Positions 6,745 to 15,429 of a DNA stretch of 39,112 bases are shown piece after piece; the first letter of the stretch is position 1; the number at the start of each line of letters is the position of its first letter. The stretch lies in IMG/VR virus record IMGVR_UViG_3300023212_000488, positions 1 to 39,112 of that record, one strand, 5' to 3'. Below the pieces are notes generated by a model that ran no database searches, was not told where the DNA came from, and saw only the letters and a list, made by a program, of their open reading frames with translations. Origin of the DNA: a virus. A program made the translations under genes and the position numbers.

Positions 6745-6920
6745 ATGCTAAAAATGTTATCGAACAAATTCAAGAAACCTATGCGGAATGGATAGAACAT
6801 GCTGAAAACCCTTTACAGTTTATTGCAGGGGTTTTAGCAAATAAAATTGTGATGCAGCAGCATCATATAGACTATCTTGAAAGAAGGATTGCGAATGAAG
6901 ACTCTTTCGCAAATAGATGA
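6741..6920 (+). CDS. 59-aa hypothetical protein between erf and the exonuclease gene
   Basis: Hand translation gives MNAKNVIEQIQETYAEWIEHAENPLQF.... There is an ATGA overlap with the erf stop. It is below the track cutoff. Confidence 0.45.
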   Translation: MNAKNVIEQIQETYAEWIEHAENPLQFIAGVLANKIVMQQHHIDYLERRIANEDSFANR

Positions 6921-7488
6921 GAAAGCTTTTATTCAAGGTACTGATGAATGGCTTGCACTTAGGCGCTGGAAGATAACTGCAACAGATGCTGCTGTTATTT
7001 TGGGAGAAAATAGATTCAAAACAGCAAGTGAGCTTTTTGATGAAAAGCTTTTTGGAAAAAGATCAAAAGTGACCGCTGCAATGCAGCGAGGAAGCGATTT
7101 TGAAGAAGACGCTAGAAAACTTTTCATTATCAAAACAGGAATATTTGTAGAGCCTTGTGTTAGAATTTCTAACAAAAATCCTTGGATGATGGCTTCTTTA
7201 GATGGTATTGATGTTACAAATTCACACATTGTAGAAATCAAATGTCCTGGAGAAAAGACACACAATACGGCTAAAAATGGAAAAGTGCCTGAGTACTACT
7301 ATGGTCAATTACAGCATCAAATGGCTGTTTGCAGCGCGAACGCTGTTTACTATTTCAGTTTTGATGGCTTTGATGGAGTTGTGATCAAAGTAGAAAGGAA
7401 TGACCAATATATCGATAAGATGATCGAAGAAGAGAAGAAATTTTATGACAGGTTAATGGAAGAAAAAGAAGCTTTAGGAATAGCCTAA
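6895..7488 (+). CDS. YqaJ-like (lambda Exo-type, PD-(D/E)xK) recombination exonuclease
   Basis: GTDEWLALRRWKITATDAAVILG ... ASLDG ... VEIKCP matches the YqaJ pattern. The ATG at 6895 is preferred over the track start at 6877. Confidence 0.8.
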   Translation: MKTLSQIDEKAFIQGTDEWLALRRWKITATDAAVILGENRFKTASELFDEKLFGKRSKVTAAMQRGSDFEEDARKLFIIKTGIFVEPCVRISNKNPWMMASLDGIDVTNSHIVEIKCPGEKTHNTAKNGKVPEYYYGQLQHQMAVCSANAVYYFSFDGFDGVVIKVERNDQYIDKMIEEEKKFYDRLMEEKEALGIA

Positions 7489-7522
7489 AAAAAAGAGCGA
7501 AGCCCTCAAACTAGACTTCGCC
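7487..7522 (-). terminator. rho-independent terminator for the small-protein operon
   Basis: The stem pairs GAGCGAAG (7495-7502) with CTTCGC (7516-7521). The minus-strand T-run corresponds to 7487-7494. Confidence 0.6.
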
Positions 7523-7608
7523 CCAAAAAAACAAACTAAACAGAGACACAACCCATGTCTCGCTCTACAGAATATTCAATTTTTAATTTGCGTCAATGAA
7601 AATTGAGA

Positions 7609-7791
7609 TTAATATTCGTGAGCTTTTTTAGCTCTTTTGGCTAAGTCTTTTGCGGCAGAACGGGCTTCTTTTTCTTCTATCTTTTCATGTTTTTTCTTTA
7701 CAGTTGACTTCGCTTTTGCGGCTGCCTTTTTGTAATGCATAGCATCCCGCTTTAGCGCTGTGGCTGTCTTCTGCATGATCTTTTTGTGCAT
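7609..7791 (-). CDS. 60-aa Lys/Ala-rich basic protein
   Basis: ORF from the track (MHKKIMQKTATALKRDAMHYKKAAAKAKSTVKKKHEK...). It starts 1 nt after the stop of the upstream mini-gene. Confidence 0.55.
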   Translation of the reverse strand: MHKKIMQKTATALKRDAMHYKKAAAKAKSTVKKKHEKIEEKEARSAAKDLAKRAKKAHEY

Positions 7792-7792
7792 A

Positions 7793-7948
7793 TTATTTTT
7801 TTCCTTTCTTTTTTGGAATCTTTGCGCCAGAACGTCTAGCCTCAGAAAGAGCTATTGCGACAGCTTGCTTTTGCGGCTTGCCATGCTCCATTTCTGTCTT
7901 TATGTTCTTGCTGATGGTTTTTTTACTTTTTCCTTTTTGAAGAGGCAT
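7793..7948 (-). CDS. 51-aa basic protein MPLQKGKSKKTISKNIKTEMEHGKPQKQAVAIALSEARRSGAKIPKKKGKK
   Basis: Hand translation, with GGAG 7 nt upstream of the ATG. The KQAVAIALSEAR motif recalls a widespread family of small basic proteins of unknown function (family name not certain). It is below the track cutoff. Confidence 0.6.
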   Translation of the reverse strand: MPLQKGKSKKTISKNIKTEMEHGKPQKQAVAIALSEARRSGAKIPKKKGKK

Positions 7949-7958
7949 AAGAAAACTC

Positions 7959-8105
7959 CTATTTAGAACCAATTTTGGCTTTTAAACCCATTGTAGAATG
8001 AGATTTTTTAGATGAATGATATTTGTTCGACTCACTTTTGTGGTGTTTTTTTTCTTCGTGATGCTCGTGATGATGCTCTTTACTTTTATGTGCTTTTTTG
8101 TGCAT
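7959..8105 (-). CDS. 48-aa His/Lys-rich protein MHKKAHKSKEHHHEHHEEKKHHKSESNKYHSSKKSHSTMGLKAKIGSK
   Basis: Hand translation, with GAGGA upstream of the ATG (8103-8105). The stop TAG overlaps the SD of the next gene. Confidence 0.5.
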   Translation of the reverse strand: MHKKAHKSKEHHHEHHEEKKHHKSESNKYHSSKKSHSTMGLKAKIGSK

Positions 8106-8287
8106 AATATCCTCGCTTGATTGTTTAAGAATAGTCTAAGAGCGGATTGTAAAGGAAAATATTTAGTATGACAAAACAAAAAATCAGATTTGTGAGAAAA
8201 AACACCATCCTTTGGAAAAAAAAGGAATATGATACGCCTGAAAAGGCTGTAGAGGATCTAAAATCTTTTTACGAAAAAAAGCACCGA

Positions 8288-8482
8288 TTATTGCTTCGGA
8301 GCATTAATGACATCTACTGACAACCTGACATTAGTGTCTTTCTGAAGTGCTTCACGAGACACTTTTATGTTCATTGCAGTATCATCTGCCACTTCTTCCA
8401 TAGCTTGATATAGCTGTGGAAGACTTGAGCAAGCTGTCATGAGAAATAAAGCGATAAGATAACTATAACAATGCCATTTCAT
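8288..8482 (-). CDS. small lipoprotein (lipobox LMTAC)
   Basis: MKWHCYSYLIALFLMTAC|SS is a signal peptide plus lipobox. The ATG at 8482 has GAGG plus 6 nt upstream. Confidence 0.6.
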   Translation of the reverse strand: MKWHCYSYLIALFLMTACSSLPQLYQAMEEVADDTAMNIKVSREALQKDTNVRLSVDVINAPKQ

Positions 8483-8493
8483 ATATAGCCTCA

Positions 8494-8534
8494 ATGTGGA
8501 GTTACTTCACATGAATATAACAAATTTTTTTTTT
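8494..8534. promoter_or_regulatory. divergent lipoprotein-gene control region: 19-bp imperfect palindrome plus T10 tract
   Basis: ATGTGGAGTTACTTCACAT lies at 8494-8512 and a T10 homopolymer at 8525-8534. Confidence 0.3.
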
Positions 8535-8560
8535 AATTTCTCGAAAAATTAAGGATCTTT

Positions 8561-9358
8561 GTGAAAATTTTATCTCTTCTTTCAATATTTATTTTTTCGT
8601 TATCTGCATGCTCGGCAAGAGAGGAAGAAAAATCCTTTAGACTTGATGGTCAACATGAATCTGTTTTGGCATTTGTAGAAAAATATCTTCCTAAAAATCC
8701 AATCATTATTGAAGCGGGAGCATTCGACGGGACAGATTCCATAAAAATGGCTGCTAAATGGCCCAAAGGAAAAATCTATGCTTTCGAACCAGTCGGAGCA
8801 AACTTTCGTTTGCTTCAAGAAAAAACAAAAAATCTTCAAAATGTTTTCTCTCAAAATGTGGCTTTAGGTGATTTCACAGGAAAAACGTATTTTTATATAT
8901 CCGAATGGAAAGAACATCCTCATATGAATGGGTCTGCTAGTTCTATTTTAGCACCTGCAAAGCATTTGGAATATGGAACAGGAATAACATTCGAGACCAC
9001 AGAAGAAGTTGATGTTATAATATTTGATGAGTGGGCAGCAAAAAATTCTATAGATCATATCGACTTTATGTGGCTAGACATGCAAGGATATGAGTTAAAT
9101 ATGCTTAAAAAAAGCCATATAGCTCTTTCTGCAAAAATCATTTATTCAGAGATAGAATTCATAGAAGCATATAAAAATCAATATATCTATACAGATTTCA
9201 TTGAATGGATGAATGATAATGGATTTAAATTAATAGCTATCGATTTCGATCCCGAACAGCCATACAGAAAAATAATACCTGAGAAAGCATATAAAACAGG
9301 GGAAGCTTGGTTTGGAAACGCTGTTTTTCTTAATATTAGATTTGATACCAAGCTGTAA
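8561..9358 (+). CDS. FkbM-family SAM-dependent methyltransferase with lipoprotein signal peptide
   Basis: IIEAGAFDGTDSIKMAAKWPKGKIYAFEPVGANFRLLQEK...NVALGDFTGK matches the FkbM/Methyltransf_21 pattern. The N-terminus MKILSLLSIFIFSLSAC has a lipobox. The GTG start has AAGGA plus 5 nt upstream. Confidence 0.7.
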   Translation: MKILSLLSIFIFSLSACSAREEEKSFRLDGQHESVLAFVEKYLPKNPIIIEAGAFDGTDSIKMAAKWPKGKIYAFEPVGANFRLLQEKTKNLQNVFSQNVALGDFTGKTYFYISEWKEHPHMNGSASSILAPAKHLEYGTGITFETTEEVDVIIFDEWAAKNSIDHIDFMWLDMQGYELNMLKKSHIALSAKIIYSEIEFIEAYKNQYIYTDFIEWMNDNGFKLIAIDFDPEQPYRKIIPEKAYKTGEAWFGNAVFLNIRFDTKL

Positions 9359-10835
9359 AATTAAATGTTGCAGCTGCATTTGCCATTTGAACGACCGCTG
9401 TTGCCGAACTTGTTTTAGAAGCTGTAATTGTTCCTGTAGTTAAGTTTAAAGTGGGATTAAAATTTATTTGTGTTCCAGCTATTGAAGCCCAAGCCCAACC
9501 AGCTCCATTTATAAATATTGTGCCTTGAGGAACATAATTTGCCATATTTTTAACAGTAAATGGTAAAGATCCAATTAGCGCATTGCCTGTTCCTGTAGCT
9601 GCGGTTATGACAATTCGACCTTCCACATAAACTAGATTACCAACAATTGTATACCAACCAACTTGAGTTGTATATGTTGTTGTTCCTGAAACAGACCCAT
9701 CTACAGTTGGAGTCCAAGTGCCAAAATTCAGTGGAGTTCTTGTTGTAACGTCTACAATTTGGCCAGAAGCTGAAAATTGAATCGGAGTATAGTTTAAAGT
9801 TCCAGCTCCTGTAACAACGTGAGAGGCATTAGAACTCGATACCTCACATTGACACATAGTCAAAGTTTGTGATATCGAAACTGCAGCAGCAGTTCCTGAT
9901 AAAAATACTGCTGATCCTGCTCTACTAGTTCCTGAACCACCTACTGTCAAAGCTGTTGTATTTATAGCATTGCAATCGATATCACCGAAATTTATCGCTA
10001 TTCCTGCTGTGGAAGAAGTTGTTATCGGGTTTAATATTTTGGTATGTTCGATTATAACTTTACCAGCAGAAGCTGTATTTGCAGTAGTGCTCGCTCCAGT
10101 ATTAGTAAGAAGACAATATTCGAAAGTAAGAGTGCCAGTGCTAGACATCGAAAAATAAGCTATTCCTGTGGTGCCTAAATTGCCTTGACACTGAAATAAA
10201 TTAATCGCAGATGATGATGAAGATGATGAATAACTAATGCCTGTGTTATTTGAGCAATTTAGATAACATTGAGTAAGATTCAAAATTGATGCAACGGAAC
10301 CCGAAACTGTTACACAATTTCCAGAATTAGTTTGAAGACGAATTCCTGAAATTGTAACTGTTCCAGCAGTAGAAAGAGTACAGTTGCCATTTATTGTTAC
10401 ATTGGGAGTTTGCGCATCACAATCAAAAGCTGTTAAATTTACACCAGCCTTTAGAGTCAAATTTTCAGTATAAACTCCAGTGTTGCCAGGCATAATAAAA
10501 ATTGTATCACCAGCTGATGCTGCATTAATAGCATTCTGGATGGTTACTTGATTACCGCCGGAATTTGGAATAGGGTTTACAATCCATTTAGCTGTGTGTA
10601 GATCAGGAACTACATTTGGATTAGATTTAATGTTGATTGTCCCTGGGCCATTGGTGATAGTGATACTATTGTCGGATGAACTTAATGTTCCAATGTTGCA
10701 ATGAGTTCCACCAGCATTTAAAGCTGTTGAACCAATAAGCAATTGGCCGTCTTGCAACATTTGTCCTGAAGCTATTGCTTGTCCGCTAAAGTCAATATTA
10801 TTTGCGAACACAACATCATTTCTAAAACCTGCCAT
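9336..10835 (-). CDS. tailspike/tail fibre protein, probable right-handed beta-helix
   Basis: The protein is Thr/Ser/Asn/Gly-rich with few charged residues. AINAASAGDTIFIMPGNTGVYTENLTLKAGVNLTAF resembles a pectate-lyase-fold repeat. The C-terminus has a GTWTPTVDG...TYTTQVGWYTIVGNLVYVEG module. Confidence 0.6.
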   Translation of the reverse strand: MAGFRNDVVFANNIDFSGQAIASGQMLQDGQLLIGSTALNAGGTHCNIGTLSSSDNSITITNGPGTINIKSNPNVVPDLHTAKWIVNPIPNSGGNQVTIQNAINAASAGDTIFIMPGNTGVYTENLTLKAGVNLTAFDCDAQTPNVTINGNCTLSTAGTVTISGIRLQTNSGNCVTVSGSVASILNLTQCYLNCSNNTGISYSSSSSSSAINLFQCQGNLGTTGIAYFSMSSTGTLTFEYCLLTNTGASTTANTASAGKVIIEHTKILNPITTSSTAGIAINFGDIDCNAINTTALTVGGSGTSRAGSAVFLSGTAAAVSISQTLTMCQCEVSSSNASHVVTGAGTLNYTPIQFSASGQIVDVTTRTPLNFGTWTPTVDGSVSGTTTYTTQVGWYTIVGNLVYVEGRIVITAATGTGNALIGSLPFTVKNMANYVPQGTIFINGAGWAWASIAGTQINFNPTLNLTTGTITASKTSSATAVVQMANAAATFNFTAWYQI

Positions 10836-10837
10836 AA

Positions 10838-11395
10838 TTAGCTCACAAATACATAGGTTAAAACGGCACGCCAGTCTATTGTTTTAGCGGCAATACCTGT
10901 TACTTGGACTATTGCATTATTAGCGCTCACAATTAGATTTGAATCAATTGTTGTTGCGGCGATACTACCTTCAATATTATCAACTTTATCAGGTGTTCCA
11001 CATAATGTAGCTGCAGCACCAGTCGTTCTCACGGTTCCCCAAAATGTAAATCCAGCTCCGGCCACATCTGTGCTATCAAAAGCAGCTACATCAATTGTGA
11101 AAACAAAAACCCCTGGTGTTGCTCCAAGAGGAAAAGTTATCAATGTTGTTGGTGTAGCATTTAACGTTGTAACAGTAGCTGAAGCACGATTTGTTAATTG
11201 AACGGTTAGTGTATTGCTACCGGAAGAGCCATCAGTTTGAATTCCATTATTGTTATTTACAGTAGAACTTCCACCAAAGACTTTCTCGAGGTTTGCGATT
11301 GGAACCGATGGAGAATTGACATCAGTCTGAAAGGAAGTTGGAACTGCTGGGGGTACTGGCCCTGCTGTCGTACTTATGATTCCTGCTTGGCTCAC
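10838..11395 (-). CDS. tail fibre-associated structural protein
   Basis: The composition resembles the neighbouring fibres, and the gene is tightly packed in the fibre operon. Confidence 0.45.
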   Translation of the reverse strand: MSQAGIISTTAGPVPPAVPTSFQTDVNSPSVPIANLEKVFGGSSTVNNNNGIQTDGSSGSNTLTVQLTNRASATVTTLNATPTTLITFPLGATPGVFVFTIDVAAFDSTDVAGAGFTFWGTVRTTGAAATLCGTPDKVDNIEGSIAATTIDSNLIVSANNAIVQVTGIAAKTIDWRAVLTYVFVS

Positions 11396-11404
11396 AAATT
11401 ATCC

Positions 11405-11731
11405 TTAATTTAGGACGATGAATTGAGAAACTAAAAAAATCAGACCAACGCCAGCTGCACCTTTAACAAAAATCTGTGTACCGGCTGGTATTGCTTCGTG
11501 AGCAGGATTTCCTTCATCTACATCATAAAGCCAAAATGAATTAGCTGGAGCTACATCAATATCTGTAGCACCATCTATGGAGACGGTCACAAGCGTGTTA
11601 GAATTGTTAACAAGTTTAAGAATATATGATGGATGTACAAGAGGACTTCCTACTGCTTGATATAACCCCGTTAAAGTTGCAGAATCAATGCTCCTAAGAG
11701 TCTCCCAAGCAATTTTTGTGGTATAAGCCAT
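11405..11731 (-). CDS. hypothetical virion/fibre-module protein
   Basis: ORF from the track, located in the fibre operon. Confidence 0.45.
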   Translation of the reverse strand: MAYTTKIAWETLRSIDSATLTGLYQAVGSPLVHPSYILKLVNNSNTLVTVSIDGATDIDVAPANSFWLYDVDEGNPAHEAIPAGTQIFVKGAAGVGLIFLVSQFIVLN

Positions 11732-11733
11732 CT

Positions 11734-11940
11734 TTATCCTATAGCTTCTTCTTTCAATTCAGATTCTTCTGTAATCGTATCTTTAGCTGCTTTAGCAGCA
11801 TCTTCAAATTGTCCAATAAATTTTAAATATTGGAACAAAGCTTCCTTTATGGAAGTCGTTGGAGTATCAGAGTCACACAAAAGTTGGATGGTTTTTCCTT
11901 CGATGATAACTTCAAGTTTTGAGATATTTTTCAGCATCAT
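11734..11940 (-). CDS. small acidic protein (possible fibre chaperone)
   Basis: ORF from the track, immediately downstream of the 818-aa fibre gene. Confidence 0.4.
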   Translation of the reverse strand: MMLKNISKLEVIIEGKTIQLLCDSDTPTTSIKEALFQYLKFIGQFEDAAKAAKDTITEESELKEEAIG

Positions 11941-11950
11941 TTTCCTTATT

Positions 11951-14407
11951 TTAGATAGGTCTTACAATGATGTAAGCATAAGAACTTACGTCATTAGTTT
12001 GTGTTGAGCCTGGTGTTCCTAAAATTACCGAAGTAACCGTAAAGGAAGCGCCATTAGAAATTGTGTATGTAAATTCACCGAGTGTTGTGGAGGCATTAAC
12101 AGCTGTTCTTGTGATAAATATCATATCATTAGTTGCAATGTTCGTATTAGCTATCGTCTGTGTACCAGCAGTTAATACGCCTGTACCTCTAAAGTCTGTG
12201 ACAGCACCACCTTTCCATTGAAGCATTTTTGCAGCTGTATTGATAGCAAGGTTACCATTACTGATAAGAACGTTACCAGTACCAGATTGAATTGTGGTTG
12301 TAGAAGTAGTGTTGGTTGAACCAACAGTTACTGTTTTAGCAGCAGCACCAGTACCCAAATTAACAGTAGTCGCAGCTGCATCGTTTGATATATTTAATGC
12401 CCCAGTCCCTGAAATCATTGTAAGAGCACCGTTTGTTGCGGTGATATTAAGATTTCCAGAACCTGATTGGAGAGTTGTTGGCGATGTTGTGTTAGTCGAA
12501 CCGACAGTAACAGTTTTAACACCGGCACCAGTACCTAAGTTAACAGTAGTCGCAGCCGCATCATTTGATATATTTAATGTTCCTGTTCCGGAAGCTAGCG
12601 TCATGGCACCATTTGTTGAGGTGACATTAAGATTTCCCGAGCCCGACTGAATCGTTGTTGGAGATGTGGTATTAGTAGAACCGACAGTGACCGTTTTAAC
12701 ACCGGCACCAGTACCTAAGTTAACGGTTGTAGCTGCAGCATCAGCACTAATGCTTATAGCTCCAGTGCCTGTAGCTAGTGTGAAGATACCATTGGTTGTT
12801 GTATAAGTTGTACCAGCGGTTCCTGTGTTTACATTGACTGCAGTTGCGCCTGTCACGTTACCGATAGTAATTGTTTTAGCAGCTGCATCAGTACCTAAGT
12901 TGATAGCACCTGTACCTGTAGCAAAAGCCAGAGTCCCATTTGTGGTAGTATATGTAGAACCACCGGTACCAGTATTGATATTTACTGCAGTAGCACCCGT
13001 CACGTTACCAATGGTGATTGTCTTAGCAATCGCTGTACCAATATTGATCGCACCAGTTCCTGAGTCTATTGTGACTGCACTTGCGCCTGTTTGGTTACCA
13101 ATAGTGATGGTTTTAGCAGCAGCATCTTGACCGATATTAATCGCCCCAGTGCCTGTGATAAGAGAAAAGTTTCCGTTTGTTGTTGTCCAAGCACAAGCAC
13201 CAGTACCGGAGTTAACGTTCACGGCAGTTGCTCCTGTCACGTTACCAATGGTTACAGTATGGGCAATAGCATTTGTACCAAGATTTAAAGCTCCCGTACC
13301 ACAGTTCACAACAACACTTGTAGCGCCAGTACCATTACCAATGGTGATCGTTTTAGCGGCAGCATCAGCACCAATGTTAATGCCTCCAGTTCCTGTGACA
13401 AAAGCTAAAGTGCCATTGGTAGTCGTATAAGTAGAACCACCTGTACCGGTATTGATATTTACTGCAGTAGCACCTGTCACGTTACCGATAGTGACTGTCT
13501 TAGCAGCTGCGTCAGTACCTACGTTTATTGCACCTGTACCTGACACTAATGCTAAAGTGGCATTTGTAGTAGTAAATGTCGAGCCACCAGTACCTGCATT
13601 GATATTAACTGCGCTAGCACCTGTTACGTTACCAATAGTGATTGTGCGAGCAATAGCATTCGTACCTACGTTAATTGCGCCAGTACCTGCGTTAAGAACA
13701 AGGCTTGTTGCGCCAGTACCATTACCAATTGTTATTGTTCTTGCTGCAGCACCTGTTCCTAAATTGATAGCATCCGCAGAAGCATCTTGACCGATGCTTA
13801 TTGCAGTACCACCAGAGGCCCATGTGCCTCCTACAGTACCTGTAGCAGTAGTAAATGCAAGAGTTGTCACTGCAGCGGTATTTGGAGCGGTGCTACCTAA
13901 TGGTGGATTAGATGCAAAAACAGCAGCTAAGCTTTTTGGCTGGACTGCAAGAGGGGTAAGAGGGTTTAAGTTAGTTCCTGCGACCGATTGAGCATCAGTT
14001 GCCTCTTGGATAAGACCAACAGCTGCTTCAGTAGCTAATGTACCTCCAGCAATCACAACACCATTAACGAAAGTAAACACATCATTTGTTAGAGGAACTA
14101 TGGACCCGGCAGGTGCTGTACCTGTTTGTAATTGCGCAAGAGTTCCTAATGTAACAGTCCCAGGAACTGTTGTAGAAGCAATAGGAACACCACCAGAGTC
14201 CCATGTGGAAGCAAGAACACCACCAACGGATGTTTGTCCCACCAAAATATATTCTACGTTACCAACAGTATCAATCCATCTTTTTCCGATAGGAAAGTTC
14301 ACATCTGTTGTTGCTGGTGGTCTTGTTGTAATAAAAGGTACTTCAACACTTTCAGGACGAGAACCGAATCCTAGTGTGTTTAACATTGCGCCTGGTTGGA
14401 ATGTCAC
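11951..14407 (-). CDS. tail fibre with long tandem Gly/Thr/Ala/Asn repeats
   Basis: The 818-aa product has about 8 units of the form GTGAIN.G.DAAAKT.TIGN.TGATAVN.NTGTGGSTYTTTNGTLA, then 3 units of about 62 aa (GTG.LNISNDAAATTVNLGTGAGVKTVTVGSTNTTSPTT.QSGSGNLN...). Confidence 0.7.
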   Translation of the reverse strand: MTFQPGAMLNTLGFGSRPESVEVPFITTRPPATTDVNFPIGKRWIDTVGNVEYILVGQTSVGGVLASTWDSGGVPIASTTVPGTVTLGTLAQLQTGTAPAGSIVPLTNDVFTFVNGVVIAGGTLATEAAVGLIQEATDAQSVAGTNLNPLTPLAVQPKSLAAVFASNPPLGSTAPNTAAVTTLAFTTATGTVGGTWASGGTAISIGQDASADAINLGTGAAARTITIGNGTGATSLVLNAGTGAINVGTNAIARTITIGNVTGASAVNINAGTGGSTFTTTNATLALVSGTGAINVGTDAAAKTVTIGNVTGATAVNINTGTGGSTYTTTNGTLAFVTGTGGINIGADAAAKTITIGNGTGATSVVVNCGTGALNLGTNAIAHTVTIGNVTGATAVNVNSGTGACAWTTTNGNFSLITGTGAINIGQDAAAKTITIGNQTGASAVTIDSGTGAINIGTAIAKTITIGNVTGATAVNINTGTGGSTYTTTNGTLAFATGTGAINLGTDAAAKTITIGNVTGATAVNVNTGTAGTTYTTTNGIFTLATGTGAISISADAAATTVNLGTGAGVKTVTVGSTNTTSPTTIQSGSGNLNVTSTNGAMTLASGTGTLNISNDAAATTVNLGTGAGVKTVTVGSTNTTSPTTLQSGSGNLNITATNGALTMISGTGALNISNDAAATTVNLGTGAAAKTVTVGSTNTTSTTTIQSGTGNVLISNGNLAINTAAKMLQWKGGAVTDFRGTGVLTAGTQTIANTNIATNDMIFITRTAVNASTTLGEFTYTISNGASFTVTSVILGTPGSTQTNDVSSYAYIIVRPI
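12290..13810. repeat. in-frame tandem coding repeats within the fibre gene
   Basis: Units of about 186 bp recur three times across roughly 12290-12850. Units of about 140-150 bp recur across roughly 12850-13810. Confidence 0.8.
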
Positions 14408-14430
14408 ATAGCCTCCAAATGATATATTTT

Positions 14431-14516
14431 TATCTTGAATTAAAGATAAAACTTTACGAAATATATGTACACAAATTTTTTTATTATTTTTAATTTGTGC
14501 TATTTGTGACTTTGTG
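14431..14516. promoter_or_regulatory. divergent control region with inverted repeats and three TTTGTG direct repeats
   Basis: TATCTT/AAGATA at 14431-14448; CACAAATT/AATTTGTG at 14470-14499; TTTGTG at 14494, 14503 and 14511. Confidence 0.4.
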
Positions 14517-14547
14517 TTACTCTCTAGGAAGAACCAAAGGTAATGGC

Positions 14548-14715
14548 ATGGAAGAGAAAGTGATGAGATTTCGTATCCCTGTGGATATCTTTAAAAGATA
14601 CAAAGTGTTACTTGTTAAAATGGACCTCTCATTTCCAAAGCAAACAACCGAACTGATAAGAAAATTTGTCGAAGTGCAAGAAAAGAATTTAGAATCCATA
14701 AAGGAGGAGAAATAA
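14548..14715 (+). CDS. ribbon-helix-helix (CopG/Arc-like) regulator
   Basis: MRFRIPVDIFKRYKVLLVKMDLSFPKQTTELIRKFVE fits a beta-strand/helix/helix pattern. The ATG at 14548 is preferred over the longer track ORF. Confidence 0.5.
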   Translation: MEEKVMRFRIPVDIFKRYKVLLVKMDLSFPKQTTELIRKFVEVQEKNLESIKEEK

Positions 14716-14716
14716 T

Positions 14717-14929
14717 ATGATCGAAACAATTATCATAGCTATAGGTCTTTTAATCGCTTTTGCAATCGCTATCGGATCAACGGCTATAATTCGCTCGCAT
14801 GGAAAGCTTCATCAAGGTATAGATGAAATTAAACAGGAATGCGCCAGAGCTCATATTAGAATTGATACGACTGGAACAAGAGTAGATAATACATTTCAAG
14901 CTCTTATGAGCTATATAACGAAAAGATAG
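14717..14929 (+). CDS. small membrane protein with N-terminal TM helix
   Basis: MIETIIIAIGLLIAFAIAIGSTAII forms the TM segment. The gene starts 1 nt after the RHH stop. Confidence 0.5.
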   Translation: MIETIIIAIGLLIAFAIAIGSTAIIRSHGKLHQGIDEIKQECARAHIRIDTTGTRVDNTFQALMSYITKR

Positions 14930-14940
14930 ATTATAGAAAA

Positions 14941-15369
14941 ATGAGAACACAAAAAACATTATACGATAAAGATTTTCAAGCTTGGCTTCATCAGCAAGTG
15001 TTTTATTTGCAAAAAAAAGATTTTGCCAAAATTGATCTTCCTCATTTATTGGAGGAAATGGAAACTTTGGGAAATTCTAATCCACAAGCACTTGAAAGTC
15101 ATTTGATTATTATTTTGCTGCATATGCTCAAACAAAAACATCAGCCTGATTATGCATCAAAATCATGGAGAGATTCGATTGTGAATGGAAGAGTCCAGAT
15201 CGATAAAATTATTGAAAATAGTCCGAGTTTGAAAAATCATCTTAAAGATGAGAAAGTTTTCAATAAATGTTTTCAATCGGCGCGAAGATATGCTGCAAAG
15301 GAAACAGGTATTGATATTAGAAAATTCGAAAAAAAATGTTCCTGGAATATAAAAGAAATATTAGAATAA
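14941..15369 (+). CDS. DUF29 family protein
   Basis: LYDKDFQAWLHQQ...IDLPHLLEEMETLGNS...LESHLIIILLHMLK...SWRDSI matches the DUF29 pattern along its whole length. Confidence 0.8.
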   Translation: MRTQKTLYDKDFQAWLHQQVFYLQKKDFAKIDLPHLLEEMETLGNSNPQALESHLIIILLHMLKQKHQPDYASKSWRDSIVNGRVQIDKIIENSPSLKNHLKDEKVFNKCFQSARRYAAKETGIDIRKFEKKCSWNIKEILE

Positions 15370-15429
15370 ATTAGAGGAATAATATGTTAGGATTTATTAT
15401 CTGTCCAATAATTTTGGGGATCACTCTTT

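Noticed and set aside
7760-8179. Track ORFs 7760-7966 (+) and 7982-8179 (-)
   Set aside because: Their products are hydrophobic or odd-composition sequences without SDs. The same DNA encodes two SD-preceded, coupled mini-genes on the minus strand.
8168-8320. 50-aa plus-strand ORF (MTKQKIRFVRKNTILWKKKEYDTPEKAVEDLKSFYEKKHRLLLRSINDIY)
   Set aside because: It has only a weak AAGGAA about 10 nt upstream, and its 3' end overlaps the lipoprotein gene by 33 nt. It may be real, but the evidence is insufficient to list it as a feature.
12290-13810. Regular tandem repeats that could be mistaken for a CRISPR array
   Set aside because: The repeats are contiguous, in-frame coding units without unique spacers. 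There is no leader and there are no cas genes.
12294-14411. Series of plus-strand ORFs (12294-12650, 12825-13130, 13149-13430, 13452-13790, 13794-13991, 14100-14411) opposite the fibre gene
   Set aside because: They are mirror images of the Gly/Thr/Ala repeat codons and give Val/Pro/Ala-rich nonsense. They have no SDs and lie wholly inside a convincing minus-strand gene.
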